Shown: positions 30,626 through 39,187, numbered from the stretch's first letter. The stretch is DNA of 64,000 nt from an uncultured Candidatus Entotheonella sp. (GCA_965215335.1 CBDCDA010000002.1:704001-768000), one strand, 5' to 3'. The notes: generated from the sequence alone by a model not told the origin. A program made the numbers and translations.

Positions 30626-30856
30626 TCAACTGAAAAAGAACACCTTCACCATGGCCCCAATAGCAGCAGCCACGATGGTGCTCAACATCAGCAGGATGAT
30701 CCTGCGCTGGTCGTCAAACCGTTTCTCCAGGCCGTCGAAGCGCTGATTCATGCTGTCGTAGCGCTGGTCGGCAAGCTCGTTCACATGAGCAAAACCCTGC
30801 TCCATGCGCTTCACGAACTCCTCGAAGTGCTCCTTCCTGACGAATTCTTCAGCCAC
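30626..30856 (-). CDS. Array-1 coiled-coil protein, TM type II (76 aa)
   Basis: Same start/RBS; ends MVKVFFFS. Confidence 0.8.
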   Translation of the reverse strand: MAEEFVRKEHFEEFVKRMEQGFAHVNELADQRYDSMNQRFDGLEKRFDDQRRIILLMLSTIVAAAIGAMVKVFFFS

Positions 30857-30942
30857 GTTGCTGCTCCTCGTCGGAGCGGACCGGATGGCCGCGGCCCCGG
30901 CCCACCCTGAAACCAGGTGGACAGGGCTGCCGGCCCCGGTCG

Positions 30943-31278
30943 TCAACTACTTGAAAAAAGCAGGTCCTTGAACAGAATCAGCGCGATCGCGCCGACGAAG
31001 CCAAAGACCACCAATGCGTAAAGCCGCACCAGCCAATTGCGCATCTGGCTTACGTCCGAATGGACTTGCGCAAGGCCCCGGTCCATCCGCCTTTCCAGAC
31101 TGTCGAAGCGCTGGTTGAGGTACACGAAGTTCTGTTCCCGCGCCTTCTCGGCATCCGCCAACCGTTGGGTCATGCTGTCGTAGCGCTGGTCGGCAAGCTC
31201 GTTCACATGAGCAAGGCCCGACTCCATGCGCTTCACGAACTCCTCGAAGTGCTCCTTCCTGACAAATTCTTCAGCCAT
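30943..31278 (-). CDS. Array-1 coiled-coil protein, TM type I (111 aa)
   Basis: Same start/RBS. Confidence 0.8.
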   Translation of the reverse strand: MAEEFVRKEHFEEFVKRMESGLAHVNELADQRYDSMTQRLADAEKAREQNFVYLNQRFDSLERRMDRGLAQVHSDVSQMRNWLVRLYALVVFGFVGAIALILFKDLLFSSS

Positions 31279-31382
31279 GTTGCTGCTCCTCGTCAGAGCG
31301 GACCGGACGGCCGCGGCCCCGGCCCACCCTGAAACCAGGTGGACAGGGCTGCTGGCCCCGGTCGTCGATCCCTGTACGGGGA

Positions 31383-31646
31383 TCAACTGAAAAAGAACAC
31401 CTTCACCATGGCCCCAATAGCAGCAGCCACGATGGTGCTCAACATCAGCAGGATGATCCTGCGCTGGTCGTCAAACCGTTTCTCCAGACCGTCGAAGCGC
31501 TGGTTGAGATGAACAAGGTTCTGTTCCCGCGCCTTCTCGGCGTGCGCAAAACCCTGCTCCATCCGCTTCTCCACGCCAAGAAAACGCTCGTCCATCCGCT
31601 TCACGAACTCCTCGAAGTGCTCCTTCCTGACGAATTCTTCAGCCAT
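31383..31646 (-). CDS. Array-1 coiled-coil protein, TM type II (87 aa)
   Basis: Same start/RBS. Confidence 0.8.
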   Translation of the reverse strand: MAEEFVRKEHFEEFVKRMDERFLGVEKRMEQGFAHAEKAREQNLVHLNQRFDGLEKRFDDQRRIILLMLSTIVAAAIGAMVKVFFFS

Positions 31647-31750
31647 GTTGCTGCTCCTCGTCAGAGCGGACCGGATGGCCGCGGCCCCGGCCCACCCTGA
31701 AACCAGGTGGACAGGGCTGCTGGCCCCGGTCGTCGATCCCTGTACGGGGA

Positions 31751-32080
31751 TCAACTGAAAAAGAACACCTTCACCATGGCCCCAAAAGCAGCAGCCACGA
31801 TGGTGCCCAACATCAGCAGGATGATCCTGCGCAGATCGTCAAACCGTTTCTCCAGACCGTCGAAGCGCTGGTTCACGCCTCGGTTCATGTCGTCGAAGCG
31901 CTGATTCATGCCTCGGCTCATGTCGTCGAAGCGCTGGTTGAGATGAACAAGGTTCTGTTCCCGAGCCTTCTCGGCGTGCGCAAAACCCTGCTCCATCCGC
32001 TTCTCCACGCCAAGAAAACGCTCGTCCACGCGCTTCACGAACTCCTCGAAGTGCTCCTTCCTGACGAATTCTTCAGCCAC
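31751..32080 (-). CDS. Array-1 coiled-coil protein, TM type II (109 aa)
   Basis: Same start/RBS; two extra 11-mers. Confidence 0.8.
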   Translation of the reverse strand: MAEEFVRKEHFEEFVKRVDERFLGVEKRMEQGFAHAEKAREQNLVHLNQRFDDMSRGMNQRFDDMNRGVNQRFDGLEKRFDDLRRIILLMLGTIVAAAFGAMVKVFFFS

Positions 32081-32178
32081 GTTGCTGCTCCTCATCAGAG
32101 CGGACCGGACGGCCGCGGCCCACCCTGAAACCAGGTGGACAGGGCTGCTGGCCCCGGTCGTCGATCCCTGTACGGGGA

Positions 32179-32475
32179 TCAACTGAAAAAGAACACCTTC
32201 ACCATGACCCCAATAGCAGCAGCCACGATGGTGCTCAACATCAGCAGGATGATCCTGCGCTGGTCGTCAAACCGTTTCTCCAGGCCGTCGAAGCGCTGAA
32301 TCACGCTCCGGTTCATGTCGTCGAAGCGCTGGTTGAGGTACACGAAGTTCTGTTCCCGAGCCTTCTCGGCGTGCGCAAAACCCTGCTCCATCCGCTTCTC
32401 CACGCCAAGAAAACGCTCGTCCATCCGCTTCACGAACTCCTCGAAGTGCTCCTTCCTGACGAATTCTTCAGCCAC
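32179..32475 (-). CDS. Array-1 coiled-coil protein, TM type II (98 aa)
   Basis: Same start/RBS. Confidence 0.8.
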   Translation of the reverse strand: MAEEFVRKEHFEEFVKRMDERFLGVEKRMEQGFAHAEKAREQNFVYLNQRFDDMNRSVIQRFDGLEKRFDDQRRIILLMLSTIVAAAIGVMVKVFFFS

Positions 32476-32579
32476 GTTGCTGCTCCTCATCAGAGCGGAC
32501 CGGATGGCCGCGGCCCCGGCCCACCCTGAAACCAGGTGGACAGGGCTGCTGGCCCCGGTCGTCGATCCCTGTACGGGGA

Positions 32580-32864
32580 TCAACTGAAAAAGAACACCTT
32601 CACCATGGCCCCAATAGCAGCAGCCACGATGGTGCTCAACATCAGCAGGATGATCCTGCGCTGGTCGTCAAACCGTTTCTCCAGGCCGTCGAAGCGCTGG
32701 TTGAGATGAACAAGGTTCTGTTCCCGTGCCTTCTCGGCATCCGCCAACCGCTGATTCATGCTGTCGTAGCGCTGGTCGGCAAGCTCGTTCACATGAGCAA
32801 AACCCTGCTCCATGCGCTTCACGAACTCCTCGAAGTGCTCCTTCCTGACGAATTCTTCAGCCAC
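32580..32864 (-). CDS. Array-1 coiled-coil protein, TM type II (94 aa)
   Basis: Same start/RBS. Confidence 0.8.
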   Translation of the reverse strand: MAEEFVRKEHFEEFVKRMEQGFAHVNELADQRYDSMNQRLADAEKAREQNLVHLNQRFDGLEKRFDDQRRIILLMLSTIVAAAIGAMVKVFFFS

Positions 32865-33044
32865 GTTGCTGCTCCTCATCAGAGCGGACCGGACGGCCGC
32901 GGCCCCGGCCCACCCTGAAACCAGGTGGACAGGGCTGCTGGCCCCGGTCGTCGATCCCTGTACGGGGATCAACTGAAAAAGAACACCTTCACCATCAAGG
33001 GATTTCGAGGGCAAGCCAAAGGCCGGCCCCCTGATCTCCGCAAC

Positions 33045-33422
33045 TCAGGACGAGACCTCGTCGTTACCGGCGACTTCGTCGCCATTCCTGTTGCCGCGCG
33101 GCAGAAAATTCACGCGCTCGGCAACCACGTCCACCCTGGAACGCTTGCCGCCGTCTTCGGCGTCCCACGTCTGATAGCGCAGCCGACCTTCGACCAGGAC
33201 CTTGCGGCCTTTGTCGAGGTACTTCGCCACGGCTTCGGCCATGGAACCGAAGACGGTCACGTCCAGAAAGTGCACTTCTTCCTTGAACTCGTCATTTCCT
33301 GCGCGGTACCGGCGATTGCTCGCCAGCCCCATGCTTGCCACGGCAACACCCTTGGGGGTGTAATTCAACTCCGGATCACGAGTCAGATTGCCAGTCATCA
33401 CGACGACGTTGGTGTCCGACAT
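33045..33422 (-). CDS. ssb: Single-stranded DNA-binding protein
   Basis: GNLTRDPEL, KGRKVLVEGRL and W...DGGKRS; lacks the usual DDIPF tail. Confidence 0.92.
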   Translation of the reverse strand: MSDTNVVVMTGNLTRDPELNYTPKGVAVASMGLASNRRYRAGNDEFKEEVHFLDVTVFGSMAEAVAKYLDKGRKVLVEGRLRYQTWDAEDGGKRSRVDVVAERVNFLPRGNRNGDEVAGNDEVSS

Positions 33423-33572
33423 GGTACTTCTCCTTCAGCTTTGGGGCGCACGGATGGCGCCGGTGGATCGGCCGCCCGAGGCGGCCAGATGGACTTCCGC
33501 ATGGAATCGGCCGCCGTAAAAGCAGCCGGAGATCTGACTGCGCAAGGCAGCCGGGACGACGTGAGACGGGTA

Positions 33573-34135
33573 TTCCTACTCCGGGTGGCCGCGAGAGACT
33601 CACGACCGGCAGGTATTCCGGGCAGTCGCGAGAAGACTCACGACCGGCAGGTATTCCGGGCAGTCGCGAGAAGACTCACGACCTGCCTATACTTCCTACT
33701 CCGGGCAGTCGCGAGAAGACTCACGACCTGCCTGTACTTCCTACTCCGGGCAGCCGCGAGAGACTCACGACCTGCCTGTACTTCCTACTCCGGGCAGTCG
33801 CGAGAAGACTCACGACCTGCCTGTACTTCCTACTCCGGGCAGCCGCGAGAAGACTCACGACCTGCCTGTACTTCCTACTCCGGGCGGTCGCAAGAAGACT
33901 CACGACCTGCCTGTACTTCCTACTCCGGGCAGCCGCGAGAAGACTCACGACCTGCCTATACTTCCTACTCCGGGCAGCCGCGAGAGACTCACGACCTGCC
34001 TGTACTTCCTACTCCGGGCAGCCGCGAGAGACTCACGACCTGCCTGTACTTCCTACTCCGGGCAGCCGCGAGAAGACTCACGACCTGCCTGTACTTCCTA
34101 CTCCGGGCAGCCGCGAGAAGACTCACGACCTGCCT
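33573..34135. repeat. 13-copy tandem hairpin repeat (44-45 bp units; two 38-bp variants)
   Basis: Consensus GGGCAGYCGCGAGA(A)GACTCACGACCTGCCTGTACTTCCTACTCC; no unique spacers. Confidence 0.92.
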
Positions 34136-34393
34136 CTGCTTCGGGTGGCTGCGAAACGTCGCCACCGGGTGTCCAAGAAAGCCGGTAAAACTCGGACGAT
34201 GCGGGATGCGGCCGGCTTTTTTCTCAGGAAAGAAACCCCGTGAAAACTTCCTGGATGCGGGATGTGGTCGGGGTTTTTTGTCAAGGCGTCCTGCGTACAC
34301 CAATCCACGAGAAATGGCAAGCAAAAAAAGGGCTGGTTCCAGAGAAAGGAACCAGCCCGCCAGAATGCCGATTTCCTGCCGGTTCAGGTGCGT

Positions 34394-35185
34394 TCATGCC
34401 ACCTCGCGCTTGCAGTAGGCGATGATGCCGTCCAGGTCCTTGCCGATACCGGCCAGGCCGTCTTCCAGTCCAAGGTAATAGTCCTGCAGCGTCTTGCCGT
34501 CGCCGGACATGACGTGGGACAACGTGGCGTCCTCCAGACGCCGCAGCGCATGATTGAGCGAATAGACCAGCTCGCTCAGGAAACGGCCGAGGAACGGCGA
34601 CGGCTGAAACGCCACGCAGCCCTGGTCGCGACCAAATGCCGTCAGGATGCCCTGGCTGAACTGACGCTGCCGCAAGGCGCCGAAAACGTCCCTGCCGGCC
34701 GTCCCGGCAGCCGCCGCGGCAACGTGGCCGTCCGGCGAGCCCGGGCGCCCTTCGGCAGCCGCCTCGTCCGACCTGTCCGCCGTCGTGAACTCGACGCTCT
34801 CCAGGGCCTCCCGGAAGCGCCCCCCGACCCCCTTGTTGCAATACGCCGTCAGGACGAGCAGCCTGCCGCGTGTTGCCTCCACGAGCTCGTCCAGTCCCGC
34901 ATAGTGCGCCCGCAGCCTGGCAATCCCGACCGATGCGATGAGCTCCGGTCCCTGGCTGCGGACCTCGCCCAGGACGTCGTTCAATCGCAACACCCGGTCG
35001 CCGAGCATGCGGGTGAAGCAGGCCGCTGGCTGGAACACCAGGTAATCGTTCTGACTCCCCATGTTGCTCAACAGGCCACGTATCCAGTCGCGCCGCCGCC
35101 GGCCGACGAACGGGCCGCCGCCGTCGCGTCCAGGCCCCTCGTGGTTCACGGACCTGCCAGAAGCGTCAGTCCGTACGATTTCCAT
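34394..35185 (-). CDS. Hypothetical ICE protein
   Basis: 263-aa ORF overlapping the end of the relaxase-like gene; VFQP/AFQP internal similarity. Confidence 0.55.
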   Translation of the reverse strand: MEIVRTDASGRSVNHEGPGRDGGGPFVGRRRRDWIRGLLSNMGSQNDYLVFQPAACFTRMLGDRVLRLNDVLGEVRSQGPELIASVGIARLRAHYAGLDELVEATRGRLLVLTAYCNKGVGGRFREALESVEFTTADRSDEAAAEGRPGSPDGHVAAAAAGTAGRDVFGALRQRQFSQGILTAFGRDQGCVAFQPSPFLGRFLSELVYSLNHALRRLEDATLSHVMSGDGKTLQDYYLGLEDGLAGIGKDLDGIIAYCKREVA

Positions 35186-36230
35186 CGACGTTCTCCCTTT
35201 TCAAGGTAACGGTGCCGTCGAAGAGCGGCGCCGTGGGCCGCCCGGGCAACTTGCCGGACAAGACCGGCAATCCCTTCAACTCGAGCGGCGCCTCCCAGAC
35301 TCCCGAATCAACCTCATGGACCCGTGCCGCCTTGCCCGCCCCGCTGGCCTCCACGCCAGCCAGACAACTCCCTGAACGAAGCGCCTCGAACACCGCGTGG
35401 CGCGTCAGGTCGTGCCGACGGTCTCGCGAACGCCTGCGAAGCAGCTCCGTCACGCAGTCCAGGCCCACCGGCGTCGTCAGAAACCAGACCGCCGGCGTCA
35501 CGAACACGTGCCCCCTCACCCGCGTGTTCACCCGCACCTCCTGGCGCGTCACCGCCTGCGCCAGCGCCTCCAGGAACACACCCGCGATATCCACGGGTTC
35601 AGCTCGATCAACACCCTGTCCGGCGTCGCCGAGCATCGTCCCGAAAAGCCCCCGCTGGCCGTCCGGGCGCAGGTAGTCGAACACCTCCTGCGCCACCACC
35701 GGCGTCAACTCCTCCACCACCTCTTTCCGGCGCAGGAAAAACGCCGCCAGCGTCAGCACCCGACCGGCGTGCGGCGGCGATTCCCGCCAGGTGATTTCCG
35801 GCTCGCCGCCGTGGTCGTCCAGGAAATCGGGCAGCGACCTGTAGAACGGCTCCCAGGCCACCCCGTTCACGCTGACCCGCGCCGCGCACAGCCGCGGCAA
35901 CAGGTATTTCAGGCCGCCCGCGAAGAACAGCCCCAGCCGCACGCGCGCCTCGAAGCCTTGCCGCGCGCGCCGGCCGGCAGGCGCCAGGCGCTCCCACAAG
36001 CGCGTCTTGTCCACCGCCGAAGCCGCCGCGCAACCCGCCGCCACGCAACCCGCCGCCAGCGTCGTCGAGCCTTCCGGCGCCGCCAGATCCCCGCAGCACA
36101 GCACCACCCGGCCCACGAAACCCTCCCAACCCGCGCGCGCCGGCAACACCGCCGCGAGCGCCTCGAGATCAGGACCCGTCGCCGCCGAAGACGGCCCCGA
36201 CGAACCGCCTTTACGACCCCGTCCGAACAT
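35166..36230 (-). CDS. MobH (TraI_2)-like relaxase, degenerate
   Basis: LFFAGGLKY..V...WEP..SL resembles the TraI_2 core but with KY in place of HD; FLEAL...VN...FLTTP resembles the TraI_2 C-terminal domain; lies downstream of the T4CP. Confidence 0.55.
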   Translation of the reverse strand: MFGRGRKGGSSGPSSAATGPDLEALAAVLPARAGWEGFVGRVVLCCGDLAAPEGSTTLAAGCVAAGCAAASAVDKTRLWERLAPAGRRARQGFEARVRLGLFFAGGLKYLLPRLCAARVSVNGVAWEPFYRSLPDFLDDHGGEPEITWRESPPHAGRVLTLAAFFLRRKEVVEELTPVVAQEVFDYLRPDGQRGLFGTMLGDAGQGVDRAEPVDIAGVFLEALAQAVTRQEVRVNTRVRGHVFVTPAVWFLTTPVGLDCVTELLRRRSRDRRHDLTRHAVFEALRSGSCLAGVEASGAGKAARVHEVDSGVWEAPLELKGLPVLSGKLPGRPTAPLFDGTVTLKRENVDGNRTD

Positions 36231-36718
36231 CACTCCGACTCCACCGGGTCGCCAGCCGCCTGCGGTTCCTCGCCCGCTTGCCGGATGAGCGCCTGCACCA
36301 CCCGGAGCCGCGCCGCGCGCCGCGCATGCCAGCGCACGTAGCGCCGCGCGTTCTCCAGCGTCGGATCGGAAAGCAGAAGACGAAACAACGGCGGCGCGTC
36401 CGGCGCCAGACTCTCCCTCGGAAACAGGATCAGTTCCTCCGGCGTCAACCCCTGCCCGGCGCCCGCTTCGGCTTCCGGCTCGCCCGCCTCGTCGGAGGGC
36501 GCCGCCCGCGCCCGTTCCTCGACCGGCGACCGCGCCGCGGCCACGGGCTCGCGTGTTTCCCGCTCGCGCAGCTGCGGGCAGTCGGTATCGAAATAGTTGA
36601 CGTAGGGACACTCGAAGTACGGACTGACCACGCCCCTGTCCACGTCCTGGCCCGACGCCGCGGCACTCAGCCCGAACAGCCCCAGGGCCAGCAAGACCCG
36701 CCCATGCCGTCGCCTCAT
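36230..36718 (-). CDS. Exported conjugation protein, TraF-N/TrbC-like
   Basis: Signal peptide; DPTLENARRY motif. Confidence 0.5.
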   Translation of the reverse strand: MRRRHGRVLLALGLFGLSAAASGQDVDRGVVSPYFECPYVNYFDTDCPQLRERETREPVAAARSPVEERARAAPSDEAGEPEAEAGAGQGLTPEELILFPRESLAPDAPPLFRLLLSDPTLENARRYVRWHARRAARLRVVQALIRQAGEEPQAAGDPVESE

Positions 36719-36752
36719 GATCCGCCGCCTCCCGATGAATGCGCCCACCCGC

Positions 36753-38720
36753 TCAGCACGCCAGCCACGTCGCCCCCGCCGCCACCGCTTCCCGGTCGTC
36801 CTCCGTCCTGCCGTTGCGACCCGGCGGCGCCTCCGGGATGCCCCCGCAGACCGGCTCGACGGCACGCCCGCGCCCGGCTCCGCTTTCCTGAAGCTCGCCC
36901 AGGACCTCCCCCAACTCGTACCGCTCGGCTACCGCGCGCCGTTCTTCCCTGGAAACGGGCCGCAACAGCGGCACCCGAACCTTCCAGTTCTCGCCCCGCA
37001 ACCGCAACAGGAACTCGCCCCTCGGCATCGCCGTCAGCCATTCCGCCCGAATCAGCGGCTTTTCCACCCGCGACAGCCGCGCGCTGGTGTTGCCCACCAG
37101 GCCGCCGACGCCGCCGAAGCTCAGGCTGTGACCCGCCTCCTCGAACTCCACGTGGGTGAACCCCAGGCCCTCGGTCGCCACCTTCGCCGTGCGGTCGTCC
37201 GTCAACCGGAACCAGATGCGCGTGTTCAGGTTGTCCAGAACCCGCTGCGCCCCGTCGCGACCCATCGCCGACTCCGGGTCCGCCAGACTCTGCATCGCCA
37301 GCAGGAAGCGCGCCTTCGCGCCGCCACCCTTGTTCAGGGCGTCGATGAAGCCGGGGTAGGCGATGTTGCTGAACTCGTCCAGCAGGATCGTCATCGGCGC
37401 CATCGTGACCGGATCGTCGTAGGCATAACGCCGCCCCAGAAAGCCGATCAGGTCCTGCAGGATCACCCGACCGATGCGGTTCGACACCTCCCCGAACATC
37501 AGGCTGCTCATCGAGAAGTACGCCACCATGCCGCGACCGTCGCCGCCGTCCACCATCTTCTGCCAGCTCAGGTCCGGCGGAATCGTCGACAGCAGCCGCC
37601 CCATGTCGCCGCCGGTGACGCCGCGAAACGCCGGCGTCAGGTTCGCCGTCACCTTCTGGAAGTGCTCGCGCGGCTTGTCGTGGTCGTCGATCAGCGCGTC
37701 CGCCAGCAGGTCGCGTCTGCCACAGCGGGCGTATTGCGCCTTCAGTTCCTGGAGCGGCGCAATCTCGTCGCCGCCACGCTCGAACACCACCCGGTGCAGG
37801 TACCTGGCGATCAGGTCTTCGAGCGGCGGCACCAGGGTGGTGACCGCATTGAGCCCCTCGATGCTCCACTTGTCGCCCACCGCCGCCTGCGCCGCACCCA
37901 GGCGCTCGATGATCGCCAGCGGGTATTCGGTGAAGAACGGGTCCCGGGCCATCGCGCCGCCGCCCGGCATCAGCGCCTGCACCCGCGCCGCCAGTTCGGT
38001 GGTGGTCTCGCACGTCGAAAACGGGTTGAAGCTCTTCGAGGCGCGCGGAAACGCCGGGCTGAAGAAGCGGAACTCGCGCCCCAGGCGACGCGCCTGCGAC
38101 GCCGCCCGGACGAGCAGGTCGGCGTCGCCCTTGGGATCGATGATCACCACCGTGCCCGGCGCCCGGATCGCTTCGCAGACGATCACCTCCAGCAAGCGCG
38201 TCTTGCCGCTTCGCGTCGTGCCGCCGATGAGCACGTGCCCGACCAGCTCGCTGAACGGCAGCACCACCGGGCGCTCCTGCGCCATCCCCACGGCGTGCAG
38301 CGCCGGGTAGCCGCCGCGCGCGTCGGTGCCCGTCGGCAACGGCCTGGCGCCGTCGCGCATGAAGCTTTCGAGGTCCTGGGTGTGCTGCGGCGTCCACTGG
38401 AATCCCCGCCCGATCAGAATGCCCTTGTCTTTCGCCGGCACGAGGCACCGCGGCAGCCGGCCCGTGCGACGTTCTTCGCGCGGCAGATCCGCCGCCTCGA
38501 TGACCCACGGCGGCGACCGCCTCCAGCCGCCCCACCACGCCCGCGCCCGCAACACCATGACGAGCCGCGCGAAGACCCAGAACCCGGCGATCCCCGCCGC
38601 GATGCTCACGAGCCGCTCGTCCAGGACGAACCCCAGGTCGGCCACCGGCGCCAGGGCCACGACACTGGCCAGCACCGCGAACGACAGGAAACCGGCTTCC
38701 CTTCCGGGCGCCAGTCTCAA
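36753..38720 (-). CDS. traD: Type IV coupling protein TraD
   Basis: GTTRSGKT Walker A, IIDPKGD, LLDEFS and LNKGGGA; inferred TTG start overlaps the upstream stop. Confidence 0.9.
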   Translation of the reverse strand: MRLAPGREAGFLSFAVLASVVALAPVADLGFVLDERLVSIAAGIAGFWVFARLVMVLRARAWWGGWRRSPPWVIEAADLPREERRTGRLPRCLVPAKDKGILIGRGFQWTPQHTQDLESFMRDGARPLPTGTDARGGYPALHAVGMAQERPVVLPFSELVGHVLIGGTTRSGKTRLLEVIVCEAIRAPGTVVIIDPKGDADLLVRAASQARRLGREFRFFSPAFPRASKSFNPFSTCETTTELAARVQALMPGGGAMARDPFFTEYPLAIIERLGAAQAAVGDKWSIEGLNAVTTLVPPLEDLIARYLHRVVFERGGDEIAPLQELKAQYARCGRRDLLADALIDDHDKPREHFQKVTANLTPAFRGVTGGDMGRLLSTIPPDLSWQKMVDGGDGRGMVAYFSMSSLMFGEVSNRIGRVILQDLIGFLGRRYAYDDPVTMAPMTILLDEFSNIAYPGFIDALNKGGGAKARFLLAMQSLADPESAMGRDGAQRVLDNLNTRIWFRLTDDRTAKVATEGLGFTHVEFEEAGHSLSFGGVGGLVGNTSARLSRVEKPLIRAEWLTAMPRGEFLLRLRGENWKVRVPLLRPVSREERRAVAERYELGEVLGELQESGAGRGRAVEPVCGGIPEAPPGRNGRTEDDREAVAAGATWLAC

Positions 38721-39187
38721 GGCTGCGCCTTCCCGCGCCGGCCCTCTTTCAGGAAGCGCGCCGTCAGGCGTACCGTCAACGGGTAGCGAAAGCGCCCGCC
38801 GGCACGCGCCCGCCGCCCGGCAAGAACCGGCAGCACGACCAGGCCGGCCCCGATCGCCAGGACGTAGAGCGCCACCAGGGCGAGGACCCACAGGCCGACC
38901 CCGGACAGTTCCATCGCGCCGTCGCGAATGGCCGCGACGAACGCCGTCGCCAGCAGCGCCGCCATCACCTCGTGGACCAGCAGGTTCAACTGGAAGTTGA
39001 GGGCCGACCAGGCATGATGCCGCACGAAATCGGAGTCCTTCCTGAGCACGCCCACCAGCAGCGGCGCGAGCACGCTGCCGAACGGAATGAGCAGGCCGCT
39101 GAAGGCCAGCAGGTGCGCCAGCATGCCCCAGGTCTTTTCGTCCGGCGTCAAGTCCGGCGTGTCGGCCGCGGTCTCCGTCGTCATCAT
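38717..39187 (-). CDS. DUF4870 membrane protein
   Basis: EKTWGMLAHL, SDFVRHHA..ALNFQ and FRYPL. Confidence 0.8.
   Translation of the reverse strand: MMTTETAADTPDLTPDEKTWGMLAHLLAFSGLLIPFGSVLAPLLVGVLRKDSDFVRHHAWSALNFQLNLLVHEVMAALLATAFVAAIRDGAMELSGVGLWVLALVALYVLAIGAGLVVLPVLAGRRARAGGRFRYPLTVRLTARFLKEGRRGKAQP

Larger units (their letters stand above)
30043..32996 (-). repeat. Tandem array 1: seven paralogous gene cassettes plus two terminal half-cassettes
   Basis: Units of ~320-460 bp with a near-identical ~90-105 bp spacer and gene 5' end. Confidence 0.92.

Noticed and set aside
28434..32996. Classical integron (IntI plus attC cassettes)
   Set aside because: The recombinase does not look like IntI, spacers lack RYYYAAC/GTTRRRY cores, and the cassettes are paralogues rather than diverse genes.
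30626..33014. Extended N-termini (MIPVQGSTT...) as primary starts of array-1 genes
   Set aside because: A conserved GAGGAG RBS sits before the internal GTG/ATG, and two units lack the in-frame extension; kept only as a coupling/frameshift hypothesis.
33573..34135. CRISPR or TIGR-like guide array
   Set aside because: Units are contiguous and near-identical with no unique spacers; no cas/tas gene recognised in the window.
32925..34418. Long + strand ORFs (497 and 302 aa) across the hairpin repeat
   Set aside because: Repeat translations that switch phase with 44/45-bp units and overlap ssb antisense.
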